From Eledone cirrhosa (taxonomy: Eukaryota): a stretch of DNA of 64,000 bases. The DNA is taken from assembly GCA_964016885.1 (NCBI GenBank), contig OZ024740.1, positions 72,912,001 through 72,976,000 of the forward strand, read 5' to 3'. Of this stretch, positions 41,401-53,212 are shown piece after piece. The notes under the pieces were generated by a model. That model made no database searches. It saw nothing but the letters and a program-made list of their open reading frames with translations, and was not told the DNA's origin. The position numbers and the translations under genes are program-made. Position 1 is the stretch's first letter; each line of letters begins with the position of its first letter.

Positions 41401-43094
41401 TCGGTTGTATTGAGCAATATCTGCAGTATGAAGGTATGGTCTGTGATATCATGTTATATTTGGTTGTATGGAGCAATATCTGCAGTATGAAGGTATGTTG
41501 TGTGATATCATGTTATATTTGGTTGTATTGAGCAATATCTGCAGTATGAAGGTATGGTGTGTGATATCATGTTATATTTGGTTGTATTGAGCAATATCTG
41601 CAGTATGAAGGTATGGTGTGTGATATCATGTTATATTTGGTTGTATGGAGCAATGTCTGCAGTATGAAGGTATGGTGTGTGATATCATGTTATATTTGGT
41701 TGTATTGAGCAATATCTGCAGTATGAAGTTATGGTGTGTGATATCATGTTATATTTGGTTGTATTGAGCAATATCTGCAGTATGAAGGTATGGTGTGTGA
41801 TATCATGTTATATTTGGTTGTATTGAGCAATATCTGCAGTATGAAGGTATGGTGTGTGATATCATGTTATATTTGGTTGTATGGAGCAATATCTGCAGTA
41901 TGAAGGTATGGTGTGTGATATCATGTTATATTTGGTTGTATTGAGCAATATCTGCAGTATGAAGATATCGTGTGTGATATCATGTTATATTTGGTTGTAT
42001 GGAGCAATATCTGCAGTATGAAGGTATGGTGTGTGATATCATGTTATATTTGGTTGTATTGAGCAATATCTGCAGTATGAAGGTATGGTGTGTGATATCA
42101 TGTTATATTTGGTTGTATTGAGCAATATCTGCAGTATGAAGGTATGGTGTGTGATATCATGTTATATTTGGTTGTATGGAGCAATGTCTGCAGTATGAAG
42201 GTATGGTGTGTGATATCATGTTATATTTGGTTGTATTGAGCAATATCTGCAGTATGAAGGTATGGTGTGTGATATCATGTTATATTTGGTTGTATTGAGC
42301 AATATCTGCAGTATGAAGGTATGGTGTGTGATATCATGTTATATTTGGTTGTATTGAGCAATATCTGCAGTATGAAGGTATGGTGTGTGATATCATGTTA
42401 TATTTGGTTGTATGGAGCAATATCTGCAGTATGAAGGTATGGTGTGTGATATCATGTTATATTTGGTTGTATTGAGCAATATCTGCAGTATGAAGGTATG
42501 GTGTGTGATATCATGTTATATTTGGTTGTATGGAGCAATGTTTACAGTATGAAGGTATGGTGTATGATATCATGTTATATTTGGTTGTATGGAGCAATAT
42601 CTGCAGTATGAAGGTATGGTGTGTGATATCATGTTATATTTGGTTGTATGGAGCAATGTTTGCAGTATGAAGGTATGGTGTGTGATATCATGTTATATTT
42701 GGTTGTATTGAGCAATATCTGCAGTATGAAGGTATGGTGTGTGATATCATGTTATATTTGGTTGTATGGAGCAATATCTGCAGTATGAAGGTATGGTGTG
42801 TGATATCATGTTATATTTGCTTGTATTGAGCAATATCTGCAGTATGAAGGTATGGTGTGTGATATCATGTTATATTTGGTTGTACTGAGCAATATCTGCA
42901 GTATGAAGGTATGGTGTGTGATATCATGTTATATTTGGTTGTATGGAGCAATGTCTGCAGTATGAAGGTATGGTGTGTGATATCATGTTATATTTGGTTG
43001 TATGGAGCAATGTCTGCAGTATGAAGGTATGGTGTGTGATATCATGTTATATTTGGTTGTATGGATCAATGTCTGCAGTGTGAAGGTATGGTGT
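29433..43094. repeat. Tandem satellite array, 59-bp monomer, about 231 copies
   Basis: Consensus gcagtatgaaggtatggtgtgtgatatcatgttatatttggttgtatggagcaatgttt; head-to-tail, no spacers, no long ORF. Confidence 0.98.
33096..40879. repeat. Higher-order repeat: 3 copies of a 44-monomer (2595 bp) unit
   Basis: Variant gatACCatg at 33191, 35786 and 38381 (spacing 2595 = 44x59-1); many other rare variants recur in the same order. Confidence 0.92.
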
Positions 43095-43607
43095 ATTATG
43101 TGTGTAGCTATGGTTTGGTGTGTATGTAGCTTTGGTGTGTGTTGCTATGGTTTGATGTGTGTGTAGTTGTGGTTTAGTGTGTTCTGTTGGCCTTGAATCT
43201 TAGATAGGTAATATTTACCGGAGCCACTTGTAAGTAAAATTGGGCAGACAGGAACTGTTTAGAAGCCTTTTAATGGACTATACCTGAAATTCAATGGACC
43301 AGCTTTGACACACATCTTGCGTTACCGCATCTTCCTAGAAACTACGTTAACGGTACACGATTCTTGCGCCTTAATTTCACGCGCAGGCTATTCCGTTAAT
43401 CCTGTAACTTTAACACTTATCGAAACCGACGAAGTTCCATTCCATTTCATACCATTGTTGTAGCTATAGTTGTAGTGGTTGTTGTTGTTGCTACTGCTGC
43501 TGCTGTTGCTGCTGTTGCTGCTGCTGTTGTTGTTTAGCTTCAGCTAATCTTCGAGCTGTCGCCTCATAGCCGTGACAATATCGTATATATATATCGTATA
43601 TATATAT

Positions 43608-43863
43608 CACCTTGACCGACCAGTCTGTCGGGCGCCAATCGGGGCCGCTGGACCCAGCACGTTGTGCTGTTTTAGCCATAGATAACGCCATCCCACTGGC
43701 TGGGCGAGCAGGCTTGTACTCATTTCTACAGCTGAGTAAACTGGAGCAACGTGAAATAAAGTGTCTTGCTCAAGCAAACAACACATCACCCGGTCCGAGA
43801 ATTGAACTAAACAACCTTTTGATTGCAAGCCCAATGCTCTAACCACTAAGCCATTCGCCTTCA
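43608..43863 (-). mobile_element. Near full-length tRNA-derived SINE, family C
   Basis: A-box tggcttagtgg, B-box gttcaattc, then cttgagcaagacactttatttcac..gctccag core. Confidence 0.8.
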
Positions 43864-43865
43864 CA

Positions 43866-43952
<87 letters not shown>

Positions 43953-44189
43953 TTATATTTGTCAAGTTGTAGACTACATCATCCAATGTGTTTTTCAAAT
44001 TCCAAAGCAACAGGATGTAATCTGAAGTTTATTTGGCTGTTATTTCTAGCATGTCTATCGAGTGTGTAGTAAATCCCTCATTAACTCACTCTTGAATATA
44101 TTTGAAATACACGCATCGTTCTCTAAGAATAAAAGGTTATTTATGTAAATATCGCTAAAGTTCTATTTTATTAATACACCGAATTGATG

Positions 44190-44600
44190 GATCCTCCGTC
44201 GGTTTCGATGATGAGCACTCAGTTGTTAGAGCTATTCAACGACCAAGTCGGGCATTAATGTTTAAGTGGTTAAGTATTTCACATACAAGGTCGACTTTTG
44301 AATTAAGATACGTATGAACGTTAAGTTGTATGAACAACTGAATGGCTTCCTCATAAAATCTACATGCAAAAACACGCGTGCCCTTAACGTAATTCACAAA
44401 TGTGATAGTGAGTGACAAGGCTGGATCTTTGAATTACAGATACAGTCAGTCCGACAGGCTTCCGATTAGTTTTCGTCTACCCAATTTCAACCACTAAACT
44501 TGGATCATCTCGAGTCTATGGTAAAGACACTTTCCTTAGATGTCGAACCTAGGAACCTTATAATTCCGAGGCCACCTTCCTTCTTAACCATCCAGCCATT
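44190..44600 (-). mobile_element. SINE family B copy
   Basis: Homologous to 49795-50142 in the opposite orientation. Confidence 0.6.
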
Positions 44601-44809
44601 GGACGGCTACTCAGGATTAATTACTGGCCTGGTCTCTTGCCACCTTCATTACTGAGGGTCAGGGACCATGGACATCGAGAAAAAAATGACTTCGGTGGCT
44701 CCCGAATCCTCGTCTGACGATTACTCAAAAACTGGTGAGTGAGCCGCAGCTCATCTGCCTTCCCGTTGGCCGTCACTTTAAAGTTTGTCATCTAAGTGAC
44801 TAAAGAGTC

Positions 44810-45046
44810 CTATCTGCTCCAGTTTTGAAATCAGAGTGATCCTTCTAGACATACTACCAACTAAGGTTAACGAACTCTGTGTATCCGTATTGGATGGCCG
44901 TTGGCTATCCTGAGTTCCTCCGTCTTTTGATGGGTTTTGTTTTTCATCCTGTAGGATGTCCAGAAACCACCCTTCTCGCTAAACAAGCTTGGTGGGCTTG
45001 CCGTTTCAGTCACAGACGATCCTACCATATGACAGGTTGTATTAGG
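44810..45046 (-). mobile_element. RTE-type 5' UTR fragment
   Basis: Similar to 48160-48375 (gttttgtttt..cctg.aggatgtcca..cttggtggg.ttgcc..gacaggttgta). Confidence 0.55.
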
Positions 45047-45684
45047 TTAATCACTATTGCTCTCAATTTAGCTGAAATTATACTACTTACTACTAACTAC
45101 TTTGACGCTAAACTCTGCCAGTTGCAGACTGCGCATCAGCATGAGATATTTTCCTCCACAAAGTTCGATCACCAACAGTAGAGTTCAACGAGCAAAGATC
45201 AAGTCCAGCTGAAATTATGTTATAGTTAATAGTTACATTTCTAATTTTACTCTGTTAAACACTGACGCATTCTTTGTTTTCCAGTAATGGCGATACCAAC
45301 CAGCTCTATCTATTCATATCTAAATGTCTATACGATGTCTGGGATAATCATATTTCTCGGTAATATGGAAGACTGATGAAAAATGAAGAACTTCAGGAAA
45401 TCGAAGATTGTGAAAGTTCACCCAATTTTCTATTTAGTTTTTCGATCTTTATATATCTTAGATTGATTGATTATACAGTTCGATTCCTCAACTTGAAAAC
45501 TAACCTATATATTTAATTTTTGATTGTTAGTTTCTTCTACTGACGAAATATACGCCTCTTTTATGATTTCCGAATCTATCTTCTTACCTAACTTCATTTT
45601 CCAAACATTCTCACTATGTACTCTATATACTTATTATATTTTGCTTTTGGAATTGACATCCTTCCTATTTCTTCCAGTCACTTG

Positions 45685-45703
45685 CTTTCTTTCTTTCTTT
45701 TTT

Positions 45704-45746
<43 letters not shown>

Positions 45747-45814
45747 ATCTTTCGTTTTCTCTTTCTTTCATTCGTTTTCTTTCTTTCTGTCTTCGTTTTT
45801 CTTTTTCATTTTTC

Positions 45815-45879
<65 letters not shown>

Positions 45880-46041
45880 TCCTCTCTTCCATCTTTCATT
45901 TGCCTTTATTCTCATTCTCTTCCTTTCTTTCTTTCATTTCTTTTCTTTCATTATCTTTCTTTACTCTGTGTTTCTTTCTTTCATGTTTCTTTCCCTCTTT
46001 CTTTTTCTCTCCTCCCTGTCTGTCTTTCAGGCATTTACTTT

Positions 46042-46126
<85 letters not shown>
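45685..46126. repeat. (TTTC)n and degenerate pyrimidine tract
   Basis: Source of the F/L/S-rich spurious ORFs. Confidence 0.92.
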
Positions 46127-46376
46127 TATCCACAACATTAATATCAAACAGCATCAATCCTCCTCCACCTATTACAGCTTTCGTAATCAGTTGTGATTAT
46201 GTGGCCAGGTGATTAGCTCTGGCCAACGCTATAATATGAACACTGGCGCGGGATTCGAATTCAGTCGAAAAAGCAACCACAAGGCATCTCTGTCGAAAGT
46301 GTCAAACGATTCTACCAATCCACTGCCATAGATTGCTACTATACAGGGTGACCACAAAACACTCCTTGATTTCAAA

Positions 46377-46899
46377 TCGTAATATAATAAATGGAGGAGT
46401 GCGGGACTGCGTCCTGAATATATCTTTTACCCCGTTTATAAAATAAATTGGATTACTTTGAATAAATAATGAATGAATATTACATAATTTATGTACTAAA
46501 TTTCGTAACTCTTGATTAAATATAAATAATTTTATTGCTTATTTCAAGATTCACTTCTTTAAAATTTTCAAATGTCAATACTTCCGGTTAGAGTCCGTTA
46601 TATTATAACACTTATATAAACGTTCATATATTTGCATCGTTATATAAGGTTTATATTTCCGTCGCTAATTTTCTCCTAATGCAGTTTATATATAATATCG
46701 TGTTTTTTAATGTATCATGGATTACTTTACTGTTTAGAGAAGACAGTGTAACACAGTCTCTCTTCAATTTCTGTGCATATTCTCAATTACGAGTTTATTT
46801 GACGTATCATATCTAAATGCATGTATATTTGCATAAAATATCAATATGCACACTACACATGCTAGCAGAAAACCCCCCGAAGGGTGGTTTTTCTGCTAC
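46377..46899 (+). mobile_element. Non-autonomous Helitron-like element
   Basis: A-TCgtaatataataaa start; 3' hairpin accccccgaagggtggt then ctgctac (decayed CTAG); 5' part shared with 63783-64000 and a segment shared with 26361-26400. Confidence 0.55.
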
Positions 46900-47392
46900 T
46901 ACTTATAATATGAAATTTTAAATGAATATTCTTACAATATTGAAGGTGGCTACAAAGATAACATTCAAAGTTGAGCTGAAGCAAGGATATTTAAAGTCAG
47001 ATTGCAGGGAGCCGGAACAAATACTGCAAAGTATTCTATCCGAAGCTCCAGAAACCTCGCCATATCGACGTGTGTTTAAGAGAAATCTGATGAATCACCC
47101 ATTATTGATTATTGATTGGTTGGTTAATTTTTCGAACTCAGCAACTTTTAGCAAATGCGACTAACCTTGATATTTGATCGCTCGACTCTTTCATCTTATA
47201 TGCATTTGTTTTCATCTTCACACTGTCATACGTACATACATACATACACACATACACACATATATACATACATACATACTTACATATATACGCACACACA
47301 CACATACATACATACATACATATATAATACATACATTCATACATACATACATTCATACATACATATATACATACATTCATACATACATACAA

Positions 47393-47423
<31 letters not shown>

Positions 47424-47538
47424 TACATACTCACATACATACATGCATGCATACATACATGCACACATACATACATATATATATACATGCAGACATACAT
47501 ATATACATACACACAAACACACATACATACGTATATAC

Positions 47539-47575
<37 letters not shown>

Positions 47576-47584
47576 CCTATATAC

Positions 47585-47755
47585 AAAATAGAAACTTTCA
47601 CCGTATTGTTTGACTATTTTTAGAACCCTCAGACAAATGGAAAAAGAAGAGTATTGACGTACGTCAATACTCATTCCATTTCTCTGAGGGTTCTAAATCC
47701 CACTATCAGGCTAAAATTTCTTTAGTAAAAAAATACAGTGAAAGCTTCTATTTTC
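47585..47755. repeat. Foldback with a central 24-bp perfect palindrome
   Basis: gagtattgacgtacgtcaatactc centred at 47660/47661; arms tttagaaccctcaga / tctgagggttctaaa; outer arms gaaactttcaccgtatt / aatacagtgaaagcttc. Confidence 0.85.
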
Positions 47756-47804
47756 TAATTTCAAACTTGCTTGCTGTTTCAAAACATATTTACCTATACC
47801 TATA

Positions 47805-48375
47805 TGGTGGCTGCCAACTCGTTTTCGAGTACGGCCACTACTTTATATCCATGTAGGAGAACCCCTACCGATGCGCTGAATGAGTGTGACTTTTTAGTCC
47901 AGCCAGCGACTTGAAAACTCTGGTACAAACACTACACTTGTGACAATTATTGACACAGTGCTGGGCCCATGGTACCATGTGACGACAAGTGCAGAGAGAT
48001 CTCCAGATATAAAGCAATGCTTGCACCGTGAAGCTTTTATAGTGAGCAAAGGCACTGCACAAAGCCAGTCCCACTCTCTTAACCAAGATGATATTTACCA
48101 AAAAGAAGAACAAGTCAACATCATTGGATACCATCAGGGTTGCAGGTGTTATATCAGAGTTTTCTTTCTCCTAGAATTCTGCCTTGACAAAGGCTAAGGG
48201 GTCATTTCTCCCAGTGATTTTGGATGGCCATTGACTCTTAAGAGCTCCTTTGCCCTTTGACAGGTTTTGTTTTTAGTCCTGCAGGATGTCCAAAGTCACC
48301 CTGCTCACCAAGAAACCTTGGTGGGGTTGCCTGTTTAGTCGCCAACGACCCGACCATGAGACAGGTTGTACTGGG
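47805..48375 (-). mobile_element. Internally deleted non-autonomous RTE (5' UTR fused to 3' zinc-finger tail)
   Basis: 5' UTR motif ctaggagaaagaaaactctga joined to CHKCSVCTRVFKSLAGLKSHTHSAHR* and the 3' tail. Confidence 0.7.
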
Positions 48376-48444
48376 ATACATGTTACTATATTGGGATACT
48401 TGAACTATATATATATAGATATCCATCTCCCCCTCTCTCTCCCC

Positions 48445-48477
<33 letters not shown>

Positions 48478-48508
48478 CACATGCATGTATATATATTTAT
48501 ATACATAT

Positions 48509-48541
<33 letters not shown>

Positions 48542-49794
48542 AACATGCATATATAATATATTATACATAGACATTATATGTGTGTATGTATATATGTAAG
48601 AATGTATGTATATTGGCGTGTCAGTTGTAATAATCTTTTAATTCTTTCTATCTTATCACTCTGTATTTTGATCTTATCTCACTTCTGTTCAGCCTTAGAG
48701 ACAACACTATAACTTCGTACAATCTCTACAGGATCAATATAAAATGTCAACCATTGAAAATTCCTTTTTTGTGTCGATGTTCAATACCATTCATGTGACT
48801 CTATGTTTTTATTACAGACCTGTACACACCCATTCTATAACTGTATACATTATTTCATCTCCCCCGCCACTTCACGCGATACGTATATTTCTGCAGGTTT
48901 ATAACACACCCGTTTTCTAGTTTTGAAAACCTGAAATATATTGTCTCTATGCCCTATTATTCTCCGTCTTCAATCTACTTCCAATTCAAATAGCAACTTA
49001 TCTTATATTTTCTATAAACCGGTGAAGTCGTCCGAAAATGTCAGCAAGTTTAAAACTTCCTACGGGGCATGACATGATAGGAAAAAAAAAAAAAGTGTAT
49101 ACAATGTCGTTAGAAGGCAGAATTGTTCAAGAGGAAATAGTGAGAGAAAAATATCTACTGAAGAATGCATAGAATATCGGCAGAGCATTCCATTTAAAAC
49201 ATTTATGTTAGTATAAAAGACCAGATATTGTTTCTCTAACACAGAGAGCATGAATGTGGAGTGTTGAGGAAATCTAAGTCCCAGCTGATTATTTACTGAT
49301 CAAACAGTCAGTGAAAAGGTAAATCTTTATATTTATCTGATGTAGAACGCACATCTATTGTTGCTATGCCATGTCATAGGACTTAACTCCTGATAGAGAC
49401 GTAGGGATGCTATCGTGACAACAGCGTGTCATGGACAATTTAAACGTCTCCAGGTCTGATGTCAGACAATTTCTTCCAGAGAAATAGAGAAGTGAGGAAT
49501 AGAGAGAAGTGAAAAAGAAAGTGTAGAGGAAGTTCAGAGGGAAGAGATTGTTATTGTTATTGTTGGTGATGATGTTGTAGTTGATATTGTTGTGGTTGTT
49601 GTTGCTGTTGTTGTTGTTATTGCTGCTGGTGTTGTTATTGTCGGTGTTGCTGTTGTTATTGCTACTGGTGTGGTTATTGCTATTGTTGCTGTTGCTGATG
49701 CTGCTAATGTTGCTGTTCCTACTCATCCCCAGTTCAGTTCTAATCTAGCTGACCAACAGTATCCCAGTAGTTACTACCCCATCTTGTATGAACA

Positions 49795-50142
49795 CAGTAT
49801 GGCTGAATAATTAAGAACTTCCCTTCGCAATTAGAAGGGTTCGGGTTCAACCCTATTCTGTGGAATATTGGGTAAGTGGCATTTACCTTAGCTTCGGATC
49901 AACCTAAGCTTTTTAAATGGTATTGGGTAGACGGAAACAGTTAAGAAGCCTGTCGAGTTGACTTTACCTGTAATTCAAAGGGCCAGCCTTGTCACACACT
50001 GTCACATTAAATCGTTCTGGGAATTACGTTAAGGAGTTATGGACACACGTGTCTGTAGAATACTCAGCTACTTACATGTTAATTTCACGAGCAGGTCATC
50101 CCATTGATTGAGCAACTCATCGTCGAAACTGACGGAAGTCCA
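49795..50142 (+). mobile_element. SINE family B copy
   Basis: tggctgaataatta A-box, ggttcaaccc B-box, ggtagacggaaac..gaagcctgtcg, 3' part ending gtcgaaactgacggaagtcc. Confidence 0.65.
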
Positions 50143-50494
50143 TTTACCTGTACCTTGTCTTGAACGAAGTATATAGAAAAGCTTTATTAAAGATGTCCTA
50201 TCAGTGGATATATTTCACTTGTAGCCCACAGAAAACTTCTCCTTCAATACAGGGCTTCTCCTTCAATATAGGGGTTCACAAGTTTATTCCACTATATACA
50301 ACATGTAATAGGAGTTAACCAAGTGATAATAACATCACCATGTTTCCACCAAATCACTTAATGACCAGCTTCTCAGATTCAGAAATAAAAAAAACAATTA
50401 TCGATCATTTGATATTGATTACTTGATGCTTCTAAAGTATCAGATAGCCTCTAGACCAACAAATGAAACAATTAAATGATCTCTTGGAATGGAA

Positions 50495-50880
50495 TCACCC
50501 TCCGTCGGTTTCACAGCCTTCTGATGAATTTAACATGTCTGTGGCTGAGCATTCCACTATGATGTGTGCCGTCAGGGAGATTCAGTTTAACAAAGTGTGC
50601 GATATGTTAGGTCCTTTTAATTACAGACACAATCCATCCGATGGGCTTCCAAACACTCTTACAAAGTGGTTGAGCATTCCATAAACACGTGTATCCTCAG
50701 AGACATTTAGCACAATCCGTTCGACGAGCTTCCAAACAGTTTCCGTCGGTCCAATTTTATCCACAAGGCTTGGATCGACCCGAAGCTATGGTAGATGACA
50801 TTTGTTCAATATATCGCGTAAAGGTATCGAACCCGAAGTCTCATGGTTGTAATGCAAACTTCTTAATCATCTGGCCATGT
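50495..50880 (-). mobile_element. SINE family B copy
   Basis: Inverted homolog of 49795-50142. Confidence 0.6.
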
Positions 50881-51906
50881 TATGTTCTCAATAATTCCTA
50901 ATATTTTTGTATGAAAGAATTAAAGGATGCTGTAATGGACTGACTCCATGAAAAGATCAGTAGGATTCAACGTCCGTTGAAACATACCTCTTACAACAGA
51001 AAGGTGAACACTTACCTATATTTATCACTCTAGCTGGACGTTAAGAAGCTTTGTCCGTAAAATCAGAAAATATTTCTAGTTAGTCAGAATTCAAATAGAA
51101 ACGTTGAAGTTTCAATGTATTTTCAGTATTAGCTCACACGAGGTGAGTGGCTTACTATTACAATGTTGTGGGTTCGATTCCTGAATCAGGTGGTGGCTTT
51201 TTCTTGATCAAGCCGTTTCTTTTCATGATAGGACTCGGGATCCCTATAATTAAAACACATAGCATATAATATGTAACCTCGTAGGTGGGAGCTATAAATT
51301 TCCATTCACATTTTTTTAGTTTCTGTCAGAATGGTATGTGATGAATACGTTAGATAAGTTAGGGTTATCATTTAACTATCGTTTTCCCATAACTTGGATG
51401 AGAGTGGGAGCTTACCCTGGTTTCATGGGTGTGGAGCAATTGAGAACACAAGCCGTACACCCATAAACAGAGCGCCAGTTTATCAGAAGGCTAACACTAA
51501 GCTGCCCCTGTACTAACTTTCAGCTTAGTGAACTGGAACAACGTAAAATGAAATACCTTGCTCACGGATATATTACGATATCTGATCGTGGAATCGAACC
51601 CACGTTAAGACCATCAACCCAACAGTTTAATCACTAAGATACGATCCTTTACGTATGTTTTAGATAATATTTTTAGAAGAATATTATATATATATATATT
51701 AATCAAGAAATAAAAACAAAACAAAACATAATTTCATACATCTCAGTTATTTACGCTATTCATAATGACGCTTCCCTGTTCGAATTTAACAGCAGACGAT
51801 GATAATGGCCCCTCTATATTTCTGCTTCAATGTATGTAAAACACACCGTATACACATGTAAAATACATTGCACTAAGCATAGGGGTAAGAAGATAAATAG
51901 ATAGAT

Positions 51907-51961
<55 letters not shown>

Positions 51962-52379
51962 TGTATGTATAAACAAAACGAGAGAGAGAGAGGGAGAGAG
52001 AGAGATTCATTTTGCCACCAACGAGACTATTGTTTTGTGACCTCGATCCATATTCTTTCTCCGATCTAATGTATGGAGCTAGAAAATAGAAGAAAACGTT
52101 AGATATATTGTCAGCATGAAGCAGAAAGAACAATTAGCTAAGTGAATAATGAATGAGTGATAAATTTTAAGCTTCGGGCTCATATAATTGATGCTTTTTC
52201 CGTTTCTGATAAAGTCTTTATTCAGTTCCGAGTGGTATCCAGGGGTTTACAGAGGACTAGGTCTTTTGGAAATCCCTGTAAAAGGTAGGCTTTCGGTCGA
52301 GGAATTTTCAGAAGGAACATACGCACCGACACAAACACACGCAATGACATATAAATACACACGCGCACATAAACACAAT

Positions 52380-52870
52380 TACATGAACACATACACATAT
52401 ACATACGCACGAGTACACGAACACAAACATGCACACACACATATACATACACACGAGTACGCGAACACAAACATGCACACACACACACATATACATACAC
52501 ACGAGTACACGATCACAAACATGCACACACACATATATACATACACCCGCGCACCCAAGCACAAATACAGGCACACACACATATATATATACATACATCC
52601 GCGCACCCAAGCACAAATACAGGCACACACACATATATATATACATACACGCGCATCCAAGCACAAATACATGCACGCACACATATATATATACATACAC
52701 GCGCACCCAAGCACAAATACATGCACGCACACACATATATATATACATACCCCCGCGCACCCAAGCACAAATACATGCACGCACACATATATATATATAT
52801 ACGCGCGCATATAAGCACAAATATATGCACACACATATATACATGCGCACACAAACACAAATACATACAA
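52380..52870. repeat. Microsatellite-derived minisatellite, unit about 50-58 bp
   Basis: gcgcacccaagcacaaataca.gcac repeated about 5-6 times, preceded by cacgagtac.cga.cacaaacatgc units. Confidence 0.8.
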
Positions 52871-52915
52871 GCATCATACCGCTTATAATTAATGCATATT
52901 ATTTATAGAGAAATA

Positions 52916-53105
52916 GGGCGGTGGATTGGCAGTATCGGTAGAGGGTCAGACGCGATGCTTTGACGCATAGAGTTACGGCCCTTGCCATTCTGAGTTCAAA
53001 TTCCGTCGAGGTTAACTTTGCCTTTGATCCTTACGGGGTCGATAAAATAAAGTACCAGTAATGTACTGGGTAATTGCTGGCCTTGTGCCTAACGTAGAAA
53101 CAATT
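52916..53105 (+). mobile_element. SINE family A copy, full length
   Basis: gggcggtggattggcagtatcggtagag..gagttcaaattcc..ggggtcgataaaataaagtaccag. Confidence 0.88.
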
Positions 53106-53155
53106 ATTTATAGAGAAACAAATACTATTACAAAAACCACACATACATACACTCT

Positions 53156-53212
<57 letters not shown>

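Noticed and set aside
29433-43094. CRISPR array or tandem C2H2 zinc-finger gene
   Set aside because: No unique spacers and no cas genes; 59 is not a multiple of 3, stops recur on both strands, and there is no 84-bp TGEKPY period
46863-46898. Rho-independent terminator-like hairpin
   Set aside because: Eukaryotic context; better explained as a Helitron 3' hairpin
48600-49500. Possible host exons in unique-looking DNA (also 45240-45600 and 53900-55640)
   Set aside because: No recognisable protein motif or convincing splice-bounded frame; small exons cannot be excluded without RNA-seq
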